Shown here: positions 44,720 through 56,380 of the stretch, piece by piece
Numbering within the stretch: the first letter of the stretch is position 1
How the letters are laid out: every line of letters starts with the position of its first letter
NCBI GenBank assembly: GCA_964016885.1
Contig: OZ024741.1
Span: forward strand, 261,888,001 to 261,952,000
From: Eledone cirrhosa
Taxonomy: Eukaryota
Length of the DNA stretch: 64,000 bases
Direction: 5' to 3'
Made by a program: the position numbers and the translations under genes
The notes under the pieces: model-generated
Told to the model about the DNA's origin: nothing
The model's database searches: none
What the model saw: only the letters and a program-made list of their open reading frames with translations

Positions 44720-47700
44720 CTTGCCTCTGACAACAGCATCCTCTACCCCACCGAGGAAGTCTACCTTGCCTCTGTCAACACCTACCTCTACCTCACCGAG
44801 GAAGTCTAACTTGCCTGTGATAACACCATCCTCTACCCCACCGAGGAAGTCTACCTTGCCTCTGACAACACCATCCTCTACCCCACCGAGGAAGTCTACC
44901 TAGCCTCTGTCAACACGATCTTCTACCCCACCGAGGAAGTCTACCTTGCCTCTGACAACATCATCCTCTACCTTACCGAAGAAGTTACCTTGCCTCTGTC
45001 TACACCATCTTCTACCCCACAGAGGAAGTCTACCTTGCCACAATCAAAACCATCCTCTACCCAACCGAGGAAGTCTACCTTGCCTCTAACAACACCATTC
45101 TCGACCTCACCGAGGAAGTCTACCTTGCCTCTGACAACACCATCCTCTACCCAACCGAGGAAGTCTACCTTGCCTCTAACATCACCATTCTCGACATCAC
45201 CGAGGAAGTCTACCTTGCCTCTGACAACACCTACCTCTACCTCACCGAGGAAGTCTAACTTGCCTGTGATAACACCATCCTCTACCCCACCGAGGAAGCC
45301 TACCTTGCCTCTATCAACACCATCCTCTACCCTGCCGAGGAAGTCTACCTTGCCTCTGGTGAAAACATCCTCTACCCCACCGAGGAAGTCTACCTTGCCT
45401 CTGACAACACCATCCTCTACCCCACCGAGGAAGTCTACATTGCCTCTGTCAACACCTACCTCTACCTCACCGAGGAAGTCTAACTTGCCTGTGATAACAC
45501 CATCCTCTACCCTACCGAGGAAGCCTACCTTGCCTCTATCAAAACCATCCTCTACCCAACCTAGGAAGTCTACCTTGCCTCTAACAACACCATTCTCGAC
45601 CTCACCGAGGAAGTCTACCTTGCCTCTGACAACACCATCCTCTACCCAACCGAGGAAGTCTACCTTGCCTCTAACAACACCATTCTCGACATCACCGAGG
45701 AAGTCTACCTTGCCTCTGTCAACACCATCCTCTACCTCACCGAGGAAGTCTACTTTGCCTCTGGTGACACCATCCTCTACCTCACCGAAGAAGTCTACCT
45801 TGCCTCTGTCAACACCATCCTCTACCCCACCGAGGAAGTCTACCTTGCCTCTGGTTAAACCATCCTCTACCCCAACGAGGAAGTCTACCTTGCCTCTGAT
45901 GACACCATCCTCTACCCCACCAAGGAAGTCAACCTTGCCTCTGATGACACCATCCTCTACCCCACCGAGGAAGTCAACCTTGCCTCTGTCAACACCATCC
46001 TCTACCCCACCAAGGAAGTCTACCTTGCCTCTGACAACAGCATCCTCTACCCCACCGAGGAAGTCTACCTTGCCTCTGTCAACACCTACCTCTACCTCAC
46101 CGAGGAAGTCTAACTTGCTTGTGATAACACCATCCTCTACCCCACCGAGGAAGTCTACCTTGCCTCTGACAACACCATCCTCTACCCCACCGAGGAAGTC
46201 TACCTAGCCTCTGTCAACACGATCTTCTACCCCACCGAGGAAGTCTACCTTGCCTCTGACAACACCATCCTCTACCTTACCGAAGAAGTTACCTTGCCTC
46301 TGTCTACACCATCTTCTACCCCACAGAGGAAGTCTACCTTGCCACAATCAAAACCATCCTCTACCCAACCGAGGAAGTCTACCTTGCCTCTAACAACACC
46401 ATTCTCGACCTCACCGAGGAAGTCTACCTTGCCTCTGACAACACCATCCTCTACCCAACCGAGGAAGTCTACCTTGCCTCTAACAACACCATTCTCGACA
46501 TCACCGAGGAAGTCTACCTTGCCTCTGACAACACCTACCTCTACCTCACCGAGGAAGTCTAACTTGCCTGTGATAACACCATCCTCTACCCCACCGAGGA
46601 AGCCTACCTTGCCTCTATCAACACCATCCTCTACCCTGCCGAGGAAGTCTACCTTGCCTCTGGTGAAAACATCCTCTACCCCACCGAGGAAGTCTACCTT
46701 GCCTCTGACAACACCATCCTCTACCCCACCGAGGAAGTCTACATTGCCTCTGTCAACACCTACCTCTACCTCACCGAGGAAGTCTAACTTGCCTGTGATA
46801 ACACCATCCTCTACCCTACCGAGGAAGCCTACCTTGCCTCTATCAAAACCATCCTCTACCCAACCGAGGAAGTCTACCTTGCCTCTAACAACACCATTCT
46901 CGACCTTTCCGAGGAAGTCTACCTTGCCTCTGACAACACCATCCTCTACCCAACCGAGGAAGTCTACCTTGCCTCTAACAACACCATTCTCGACATCACC
47001 GAGGAAGTCTACCTTGCCTCTGTCAACACCATCCTCTACCTCACCGTGGAAGTCTACTTTGCCTCTGGTGACACCATCCTCTACCTCACCGAAGAAGTCT
47101 ACCTTGCCTCTGTCAACACCATCCTCTACCCCACCGAGGAAGTCTACCTTGCCTCTGGTTAAACCATCCTCTACCCAAACGAGGAAGTCTACCTTGCCTC
47201 TGATGACACCATCCTCTACCCCACCAAGGAAGTCAACCTTGCCTCTGATGACACCATCCTCTACCCCACCGAGGAAGTCAACCTTGCCTCTGTCAACACC
47301 ATCCTCTACCCCACCGAGGAAGTCTACCTTGCCTCTGACATCACCATCCTCTACCCCACCAAGGAAGTCTACCTTGCCTCTGACATCACCATCCTCTAGC
47401 CCACCGAGGAAGTCTACCTTGCCTCTGACAACACCATCCTCTACCCCACTGAGGAAGTCTACCTTGCCTCTGGTGACACGATCCTCTACCTCACCGAGGA
47501 AGTCTACCTTGCCTCTGACAACACCATCCTCTACCCAACCGAGGAAGTCTACCTTGCCTCTAACAACACCATTCTCGACATCACCGAGGAAGTCTACCTT
47601 GCCTCTGTCAACACCATCCTCTACCTCACCGAGGAAGTCTACTTTGCCTCTGGTGACACCATCCTCTACCTCACCGAAGAAGTCTACCTTGCCTCTGTCA

Positions 47701-49425
47701 ACACCATCCTCTACCCCACCGAGGAAGTCTACCTTGCCTCTGGTTAAACCATCCTCTACCCCAACGAGGAAGTCTACCTTGCCTCTGATGACACCATCCT
47801 CTACCCCACCAAGGAAGTCAACCTTGCCTCTGATGACACCATCCTCTACCCCACCGAGGAAGTCAACCTTGCCTCTGTCAACACCATCCTCTACCCCACC
47901 AAGGAAGTCTACCTTGCCTCTGACAACAGCATCCTCTACCCCACCGAGGAAGTCTACCTTGCCTCTGTCAACACCTACCTCTACCTCACCGAGGAAGTCT
48001 AACTTGCTTGTGATAACACCATCCTCTACCCCACCGAGGAAGTCTACCTTGCCTCTGACAACACCATCCTCTACCCCACCGAGGATGTCTACCTAGCCTC
48101 TGTCAACACGATCTTCTACCCCACCGAGGAAGTCTACCTTGCCTCTGACAACACCATCCTCTACCTTACCGAAGAAGTTACCTTGCCTCTGTCTACACCA
48201 TCTTCTACCCCACAGAGGAAGTCTACCTTGCCACAATCAAAACCATCCTCTACCCAACCGAGGAAGTCTACCTTGCCTCTAACAACACCATTCTCGACCT
48301 CACCGAGGAAGTCTACCTTGCCTCTGACAACACCATCCTCTACCCAACCGAGGAAGTCTACCTTGCCTCTAACAACACCATTCTCGACATCACCGAGGAA
48401 GTCTACCTTGCCTCAGACAACACCTACCTCTACCTCACCGAGGAAGTCTAACTTGCCTGTGATAACACCATCCTCTACCCCACCGAGGAAGCCTACCTTG
48501 CCTCTATCAACACCATCCTCTACCCTGCCGAGGAAGTCTACCTTGCCTCTGGTGAAAACATCCTCTACCCCACCGAGGAAGTCTACCTTGCCTCTGACAA
48601 CACCATCCTCTACCCCACCGAGGAAGTCTACATTGCCTCTGTCAACACCTACCTCTACCTCACCGAGGAAGTCTAACTTGCCTGTGATAACACCATCCTC
48701 TACCCTACCGAGGAAGCCTACCTTGCCTCTATCAAAACCATCCTCTACCCAACCGAGGAAGTCTACCTTGCCTCTAACAACACCATTCTCGACCTTTCCG
48801 AGGAAGTCTACCTTGCCTCTGACAACACCATCCTCTACCCAACCGAGGAAGTCTACCTTGCCTCTAACAACACCATTCTCGACATCACCGAGGAAGTCTA
48901 CCTTGCCTCTGTCAACACCATCCTCTACCTCACCGTGGAAGTCTACTTTGCCTCTGGTGACACCATCCTCTACCTCACCGAAGAAGTCTACCTTGCCTCT
49001 GTCAACACCATCCTCTACCCCACCGAGGAAGTCTACCTTGCCTCTGGTTAAACCATCCTCTACCCAAACGAGGAAGTCTACCTTGCCTCTGATGACACCA
49101 TCCTCTACCCCACCAAGGAAGTCAACCTTGCCTCTGATGACACCATCCTCTACCCCACCGAGGAAGTCAACCTTGCCTCTGTCAACACCATCCTCTACCC
49201 CACCGAGGAAGTCTACCTTGCCTCTGACATCACCATCCTCTACCCCACCAAGGAAGTCTACCTTGCCTCTGACATCACCATCCTCTAGCCCACCGAGGAA
49301 GTCTACCTTGCCTCTGACAACACCATCCTCTACCCCACTGAGGAAGTCTACCTTGCCTCTGGTGACACGATCCTCTACCTCACCGAGGAAGTCTACCTTG
49401 CCTCTGACAACACCATCCTCTACCC
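44720..49425. repeat. Nested higher-order repeat: a 1,304-bp (29-mer) duplication overlapped by a 1,889-bp (42-mer) tandem duplication (~45599-49425)
   Basis: The private marker GCCACAATCAAAACC occurs at 45037, 46341 and 48230 (offsets 1,304 and 1,889). ORFs 44990, 46294 and 48183 show the same offsets. Confidence 0.88.
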
Positions 49426-51013
49426 CACCGAGGAAGCCTACCTTGCCTCTGTCAACACCATCCTCTACCCCACCGAGGAAGTCTACCTGGCCTCTGACAA
49501 CACCATCCTCTACCCCCACCGAGGAAGTCTACCTTGCCTCTGTCAACACCATCCTCTACCCCACCGAGGAAGTCTACCTTGCCTCTGTCAACACCATCCT
49601 CTACCCCGCCGAGGAAGTCTACCTTGCCTCTGACAACACCATCCTCTACCCCACCGAGGTAGTCTACCTTGCCTCTGGTGACACCATCCTCTACCCCACC
49701 GAGGAGGTCTACCTTGCCTCTGGTGACACCATCCTCTACCCCACCGAGGAAGTCTACCTTGCCTCTGGTGACAACATCCTCTACACCACCGAGGAAGTCT
49801 ACCTTGCCTCTAACAACACCATCCCCTACCCCACCGAGGAAGTCTACCTTGCTTCTGTCAACACTATCCTCTACCCCACTGAGGAAGTCTACCTTGCCTC
49901 TGATGACACCATCCTCTACCCCACCGAGGAAGTCTACCTTGCCTCTGACAACACCATCCTCTACCCCACCTAGGAAGTCTACCTTGTGTCTGTCAACACC
50001 ATCCTCTACCCCACCGAGGAAGTCTAACTTGCCTCTGGTGACACCATCCTCTACCCCACCGAGGAAGACTACCTTGCCTCTGTCAACACCTTCCTCTACC
50101 CCACCGAGGAAGTCTAGCTTGCCTCTCTCATCATCATCCTCTACCCCACCGAGGAAGTCTAACTTGCCTCTTGTGATATCATCCTCTACCCCACCGAGGA
50201 AGTCTACCTTGCCCCTGTCAACACCATCCTCTACCCTACCGAGGAAGTTTACCTTGCCACTGGTGACACCATCCTCTACCCCAACTAGGAAGTCTACCTT
50301 GCTTCTGTCAACACCATCCTCTATCCCACCGAGGAAGTCTACCTTGCTTCTGTCAACCCCATCATCTACCCCACCTATGAAGTCTACCTTGCCTCTGACA
50401 ACACCATCCTCTACCCCACCAAGGAAGTCTACTTTGCCTATGTCAACAACATCCTCTACCCCACCGAGGAACTCTAACTTGCCTCTGATGACATCATCCT
50501 CTACCCCACCGAAGAAGTCTACCTTGCCTCTTTTAAACCCATCCTCTACCCCGCCATGGAAGTCTACTTTTCCTCTCACAACACCATCCTCTACCCACCG
50601 AGGAATCTACCTTGCCTCTGTCAATGCCATCCTCTACCCCACTGAGGAAGTCTATCTGCCTCTTGTGACACTATCCTCTACCCCACCGAGGAAGTCTACC
50701 TTGCCTCTGTCAACACCATCCTCTACCCCACCGAGGAAGTCTACTTACCTCTGGTGACACTATCCTCTACCCCGCCGAGGAAGTCTACCTTGCCTCTGAT
50801 AACACCATCCTCTACCCCACCGAGGAAGTTTACCTTGCCTCTGTCAACACCATCCTCTACCACATCGAGGAAGACTACCTTGCCTCTGGTGACACCATCC
50901 ACTAGCCCACCGAGGAATTCTACCTTGCCTCTGGTGTCACCATCCTCTACCCCACCGAGGAAGTCTACCTTGCCTCAACAACACCATCCTCTAGCCCAGC
51001 GAGTAAATCTACC

Positions 51014-54000
51014 TTGCCTCTGTCAACACCATCCTCTATCTCACCGAGGAAGTCTACCTTGCCTCTGTCAACACGATCCTCTACCTCACCGACGAAGTCT
51101 ACCTTGCCTCTGTCAACACCATCCTCTACCCCACCGAGGAAGTCTACCTTGCCTCTGTCAACACGATCCTCTACCTCACCGACGAAGTCTACCTTGCCTC
51201 TGATGACACCATCCTCTACCCCAGCGAGGAAGTCTACCTTGCCTCAATCAAGACCATCCTCTAGCCCAGCGAGTAAATCTACCTTGCCTCTGGTGACACC
51301 ATCCTCTACCCCACCGAGGAAGTCTACCTTGCCTCTGATGACACCATCCTCTACCCCACCGAGGAAGTCTACCTTGCCTCTGGTGAAACCATCCTCTACC
51401 CCAACTATGAAATCTACCTTGCCTCTGACAACACCATCCTCTACCCCACCGAGGAAGTCTACCTTGCCTCTGTCAACACCATCCTCTACCCCACCGAGGA
51501 AGTCTAGATTGCCTCTGATGACACCATCCTCTACCTCACCAAGGAAGTCTACCTTGCCTCTGATGACACCATCCCCTACCCCACCGAGTGAATCTACCTT
51601 GCCTCTGTTAACACTATCCTCTACCCCACCGAGGAAGTCTACCTTGCCTCTGATGACACCATCCTCTAGCCCACCGAGGAAGTCTACCTTGCGTCTGGTG
51701 TCACCATCCTCTACCTCACCGAGGAAGTCTACCTTGCCTCTGGGGAAACCATCCTCTACCCCACCTATGAAATCTACCTTGCCTCTGTCAACACGATCCT
51801 CTACCTCAACGAGGAAGTCTACCTTGCCTTTGGTGACACCTTCCTCTACCCCACCGAGGAAGTCTACCTTGCCTCTGGTGACACCATCCTCTACCCCACC
51901 AAGGAAGTCTAGCTTGCCTCTGATGACACCATCCTCTACCTCACCGAGGAAGTCTACCTTGCCTCTGATGACACCATCCCCTACCCCACCGAGTAAATCT
52001 ACCATGCCTCTACTAACACCATCCTCTATATCACCGAGGAAGTCTACCTTGCCTCTGACAACACCATCCTCTACCCCACCTAGGAAGTCTACCTTGCTTC
52101 TATCAACACCATCCTCTACCCCACCGAGGAAGTCTAACTTGCCTCTGGTGACACCATCCTCTACCCCACATATGAAGTCTACCTTGCCTCTGTCAACACT
52201 ATCCTCTACCCCACCGAGGAAGTCTACCTTGCCTCTGATGACACCATCCTCTACCCCACCAAGGAAGTCTACCTTCCCTCTACTAACACCATCCTCTACA
52301 TCACCGAGGAAGTCTACCTTGCCTCTGTCAAGACCATCCTCTACCCCACCGAGGAAGTCTAACTTGCCTCTGGTGACACCATCCTCTACCCCACCGAGGA
52401 AGTCTACCTTGCCTCTGTCAACACCATCCTCTAGCCCACCGAGGAAGTCTACCTTGCCTCTGTCAACACCATCCTCTACCCCACCGAGGAAGTCTAGCTT
52501 GCCTCACTCATCACCATCCTCTACCCCACCGAGGAAGTCTAACTTCCCTCTGGTGACACCATCTTCTACCCCACCGAGAAAGTCTACCTTGCCCTTGTCA
52601 ACACCATCCTCTACCCCACCGAGAAAGTTTACCTTGCCTCTGGTGACACCATCCTCTACCCCACCGAGGAAGTCAAACTTGCCTCTGTCAACACCATCAT
52701 CCACACCACCGAGGAAGTCTACCTTGCCAATGGTGCCACCATCCCCTACCCCACCGAGGAAGTCTACCTTGCCTCTGGTGTCACCATCCTCTACTCCACC
52801 GAGGAAGTTTACCTTGCCTCTGTTAACACCATCCTCTACCCCACCGAGGAAGTCTACCTTGCATCTGTCAACACCATCCTCTACCCCACCGAGGAAGACT
52901 ACCTTGTCTCTGATCACACCATCCTCTACCCCACCGAGGAAGTCTACCTTGCCTCTGACAACAACATCCTCTACCTCACCGAGGAAGTCTACCTTGCCTC
53001 TGACAACACCATCCTCTACCCCACCGAGGAAGTCAACCTTGCCTCTGTCAACACCATCCTCTACCCCACCGAGGAAGTCTATCTTGCCTCTGACAACACC
53101 ATCCTCTACCCCACCGAGGAAGTCAACCTTGTCTCTGTCAACACCATCCTCTACCCCACCGAGGAAGTCTAGATTGCCTCTGATGACACCATCCTCTACC
53201 TCACCAAGGAAGTCTACCTTGCCTCTGATGACACCATCCCCTACCCCACCGAGTAAATCTACCTTGCCTCTGTCAACACTATCCTCTACCCCACCGAGGA
53301 AGTCTACCTTGCCTCTGATGACACCATACTCTACCCCATCGAGGAAGTCTACCTTGCCTCTGGTGACACCATCCTCTAGCCCAGCGAGGAAGTCTACCTT
53401 GCGTCTGGTGTCACCATCCTCTACCTCACCGAGGAAGTCTACCTTGCCTCTGGGGAAACCATCCTCTACCCCACCTATGAAATCTACCTTGCCTCTGTCA
53501 ACACGATCCTCTACCTCAACGAGGAAGTCTACCTTGCCTTTGGTGACACCTTCCTCTACCCCACCGAGGAAGTCTACCTTGCCTCTGGTGACACCATCCT
53601 CTACCCCACCAAGGAAGTCTAGCTTGCCTCTGATGACACCATCCTCTACCTCACCGAGGAAGTCTACCTTGCCTGTGATGACACCATCCCCTACCCCAAC
53701 GAGTAAATCTACCATGCCTCTACTAACACCATCCTCTACATCACCGAGGAAGTCTACCTTGCCTCTGACAACACCATCCTCTACCCCACCTAGGAAGTCT
53801 ACCTTGCTTCTGTCAACACCATCCTCTACCCCACCGAGGAGGTCTAACTTGCCTCTGGTGACACCATCCTCTACCCCACATATGAAGTCTACCTTGCCTC
53901 TGTCAACACTATCCTCTACCCCACCGAGGAAGTCTACCTTGCCTCTGATGACACCATCCTCTACCCCACCAAGGAAGTCTACCTTGCCTCTACTAACACC

Positions 54001-56380
54001 ATCCTCTACATCACCGAGGAAGACTACCTTGCCTCTGTCAAGACCATCCTCTACCCCACCGAGGAAGTCTAACTTGCCTCTGGTGACACCATCCTCTACC
54101 CCACCGAGGAAGTCTACCTTGCCTCTGTCAACACCATCATCCACACCACCGAGGAAGTCTACCTTGCCAATGGTGCCACCATCCCCTACCCCACCGAGGA
54201 AGTCTACCTTGCCTCTGGTGTCACCATCCTCTACTCCACCGAGGAAGTTTACCTTGCCTCTGTTAACACCATCCTCTACCCCACCGAGGAAGTCTACCTT
54301 GCATCTGTCAACACCATCCTCTACCCCACCGAGGAAGACTACCTTGTCTCTGATCACACCATCCTCTACCCCACCGAGGAAGTCTACCTTGCCTCTGACA
54401 ACAACATCCTCTACCTCACCGAGGAAGTCTACCTTGCCTCTGACAACACCATCCTCTACCCCACCGAGGAAGTCAACCTTGCCTCTGTCAACACCATCCT
54501 CTACCCCACCGAGGAAGTCTATCTTGCCTCTGACAACACCATCCTCTACCCCACCGAGGAAGTCAACCTTGTCTCTGTCAACACCATCCTCTACCCCACC
54601 GAGGAAGTCTAGATTGCCTCTGATGACACCATCCTCTACCTCACCAAGGAAGTCTACCTTGCCTCTGATGACACCATCCCCTACCCCACCGAGTAAATCT
54701 ACCTTGCCTCTGTCAACACTATCCTCTACCCCACCGAGGAAGTCTACCTTGCCTCTGATGACACCATACTCTACCCCATCGAGGAAGTCTACCTTGCCTC
54801 TGGTGACACCATCCTCTAGCCCAGCGAGGAAGTCTACCTTGCGTCTGGTGTCACCATCCTCTACCTCACCGAGGAAGTCTACCTTGCCTCTGGGGAAACC
54901 ATCCTCTACCCCACCTATGAAATCTACCTTGCCTCTGTCAACACGATCCTCTACCTCAACGAGGAAGTCTACCTTGCCTTTGGTGACACCTTCCTCTACC
55001 CCACCGAGGAAGTCTACCTTGCCTCTGGTGACACCATCCTCTACCCCACCAAGGAAGTCTAGCTTGCCTCTGATGACACCATCCTCTACCTCACCGAGGA
55101 AGTCTACCTTGCCTGTGATGACACCATCCCCTACCCCAACGAGTAAATCTACCATGCCTCTACTAACACCATCCTCTACATCACCGAGGAAGTCTACCTT
55201 GCCTCTGACAACACCATCCTCTACCCCACCTAGGAAGTCTACCTTGCTTCTGTCAACACCATCCTCTACCCCACCGAGGAGGTCTAACTTGCCTCTGGTG
55301 ACACCATCCTCTACCCCACATATGAAGTCTACCTTGCCTCTGTCAACACTATCCTCTACCCCACCGAGGAAGTCTACCTTGCCTCTGATGACACCATCCT
55401 CTACCCCACCAAGGAAGTCTACCTTGCCTCTACTAACACCATCCTCTACATCACCGAGGAAGACTACCTTGCCTCTGTCAAGACCATCCTCTACCCCACC
55501 GAGGAAGTCTAACTTGCCTCTGGTGACACCATCCTCTACCCCACCGAGGAAGTCTACCTTGCCTCTGTCAACACCATCCTCTAGCCCACCGAGGAAGTCT
55601 ACCTTGCCTCTGTCAACACCATCCTCTACCCCACCGAAGAAGTCTAGCTTGCCTCTCTCATCACCATCCTCTACCCCACCGAGGAAGTCTAACTTCCCTC
55701 TGGTGACACCATCCTCTACCCCACCGAGAAAGTCTACCTTGCCCTTGTCAACACCATCCTCTACCCCACCGAGAAAGTTTACCTTGCCTCTGGTGACACC
55801 ATCCTCTACCCCACCGAGGAAGTCTAACTTGCCTCTGTCAACACCATCATCCACACCACCGAGGAAATCTACCTTGCCAATGGTGCCACCATCCCCTACC
55901 CCACCGAGGAAGTCTACCTTGCCTCTGGTGTCACCATCCTCTACTCCACCGAGGAAGTTTACCTTGCCTCTGTTAACACCATCCTCTACCCCACCGAGGA
56001 AGTCTACCTTGCCTCTGTCAACACCATCCTCTACCCCACCGAGGAAGACTACCTTGTCTCTGATAACACCATCCTCTACCCCACCGAGGAAGTCTACCTT
56101 GCCTCTGACAACAACATCCTCTACCTCACCGAGGAAGTCTACCTTGCCTCTGACGACACCATCCTCTACCCCACCGAGGAAGTCAACCTTGCCTCTGTCA
56201 ACACCATCCTCTACCCCACCGAGGAAGTCTACCTCGTCTCTGTCAACACCTTCCTCTATCCCACCGAGGATGTCAACCTTGCCTCTGTCAACACCATCCT
56301 CTACCGCACCGAGGAAGTCTACCTTTCCTCTGACAACACTATCCTCTACCCCACCCAGGATGTCTACCTTGCCTCTGTAA
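51014..56380 (+). other. Longest open frame (1,788 codons, mucin-like Pro/Thr/Ser 15-aa repeat STPSSTPPRKSTLPL); probably a by-product of the repeat, coding status unsupported
   Basis: From the ORF track. It starts at TTG, has no non-repeat domain or signal peptide, and is bounded by frameshifted monomers. An antisense open frame overlaps it (52504-55854). The confidence value is for it being a real CDS. Confidence 0.1.
52678..55578. repeat. Apparently perfect tandem duplication, period 1,440 bp (32 monomers), inside a ~1,710-bp (38-mer) higher-order repeat spanning ~51.45-56.2 kb
   Basis: Lines 52681-54120 read identical to 54121-55560. TGGGGAAACC is at 51741/53451/54891 and CCAATGGTGCC at 52727/54167/55877, giving offsets of 1,710 and 1,440. 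Confidence 0.92.

Larger units (their letters stand above)
1..49500. repeat. Array domain A (left variant vocabulary)
   Basis: Characterised by the variants GACATCACC, GAATTCTACCTTGCCTCAGTC, GGTTAAACC, CAATCAAAACC and the 44-bp GAAGAAGTTACC monomer. These are absent or rare to the right of ~49.5 kb. Confidence 0.8.

Noticed and set aside
51335-51389. Hammerhead ribozyme-like core CTGATGA-CACCA...TGGTG-AAAC (satellite-encoded hammerheads exist in newts, schistosomes and cave crickets)
   Set aside because: Pairing CACCA with TGGTG uses up the G needed for the conserved GAAA, so the register is off by one. I found no convincing stems I and III, and the motif combination is rare in the array. 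An Infernal search with Rfam hammerhead models would settle it.
52504-55854. Antisense GVEDGVDRGKVDFL-repeat protein (and similar minus-strand ORFs)
   Set aside because: This is simply the stop-free reverse frame of the monomer. It ends wherever the common CCTCA or CCTAG variants occur, and it resembles no family I recognise.
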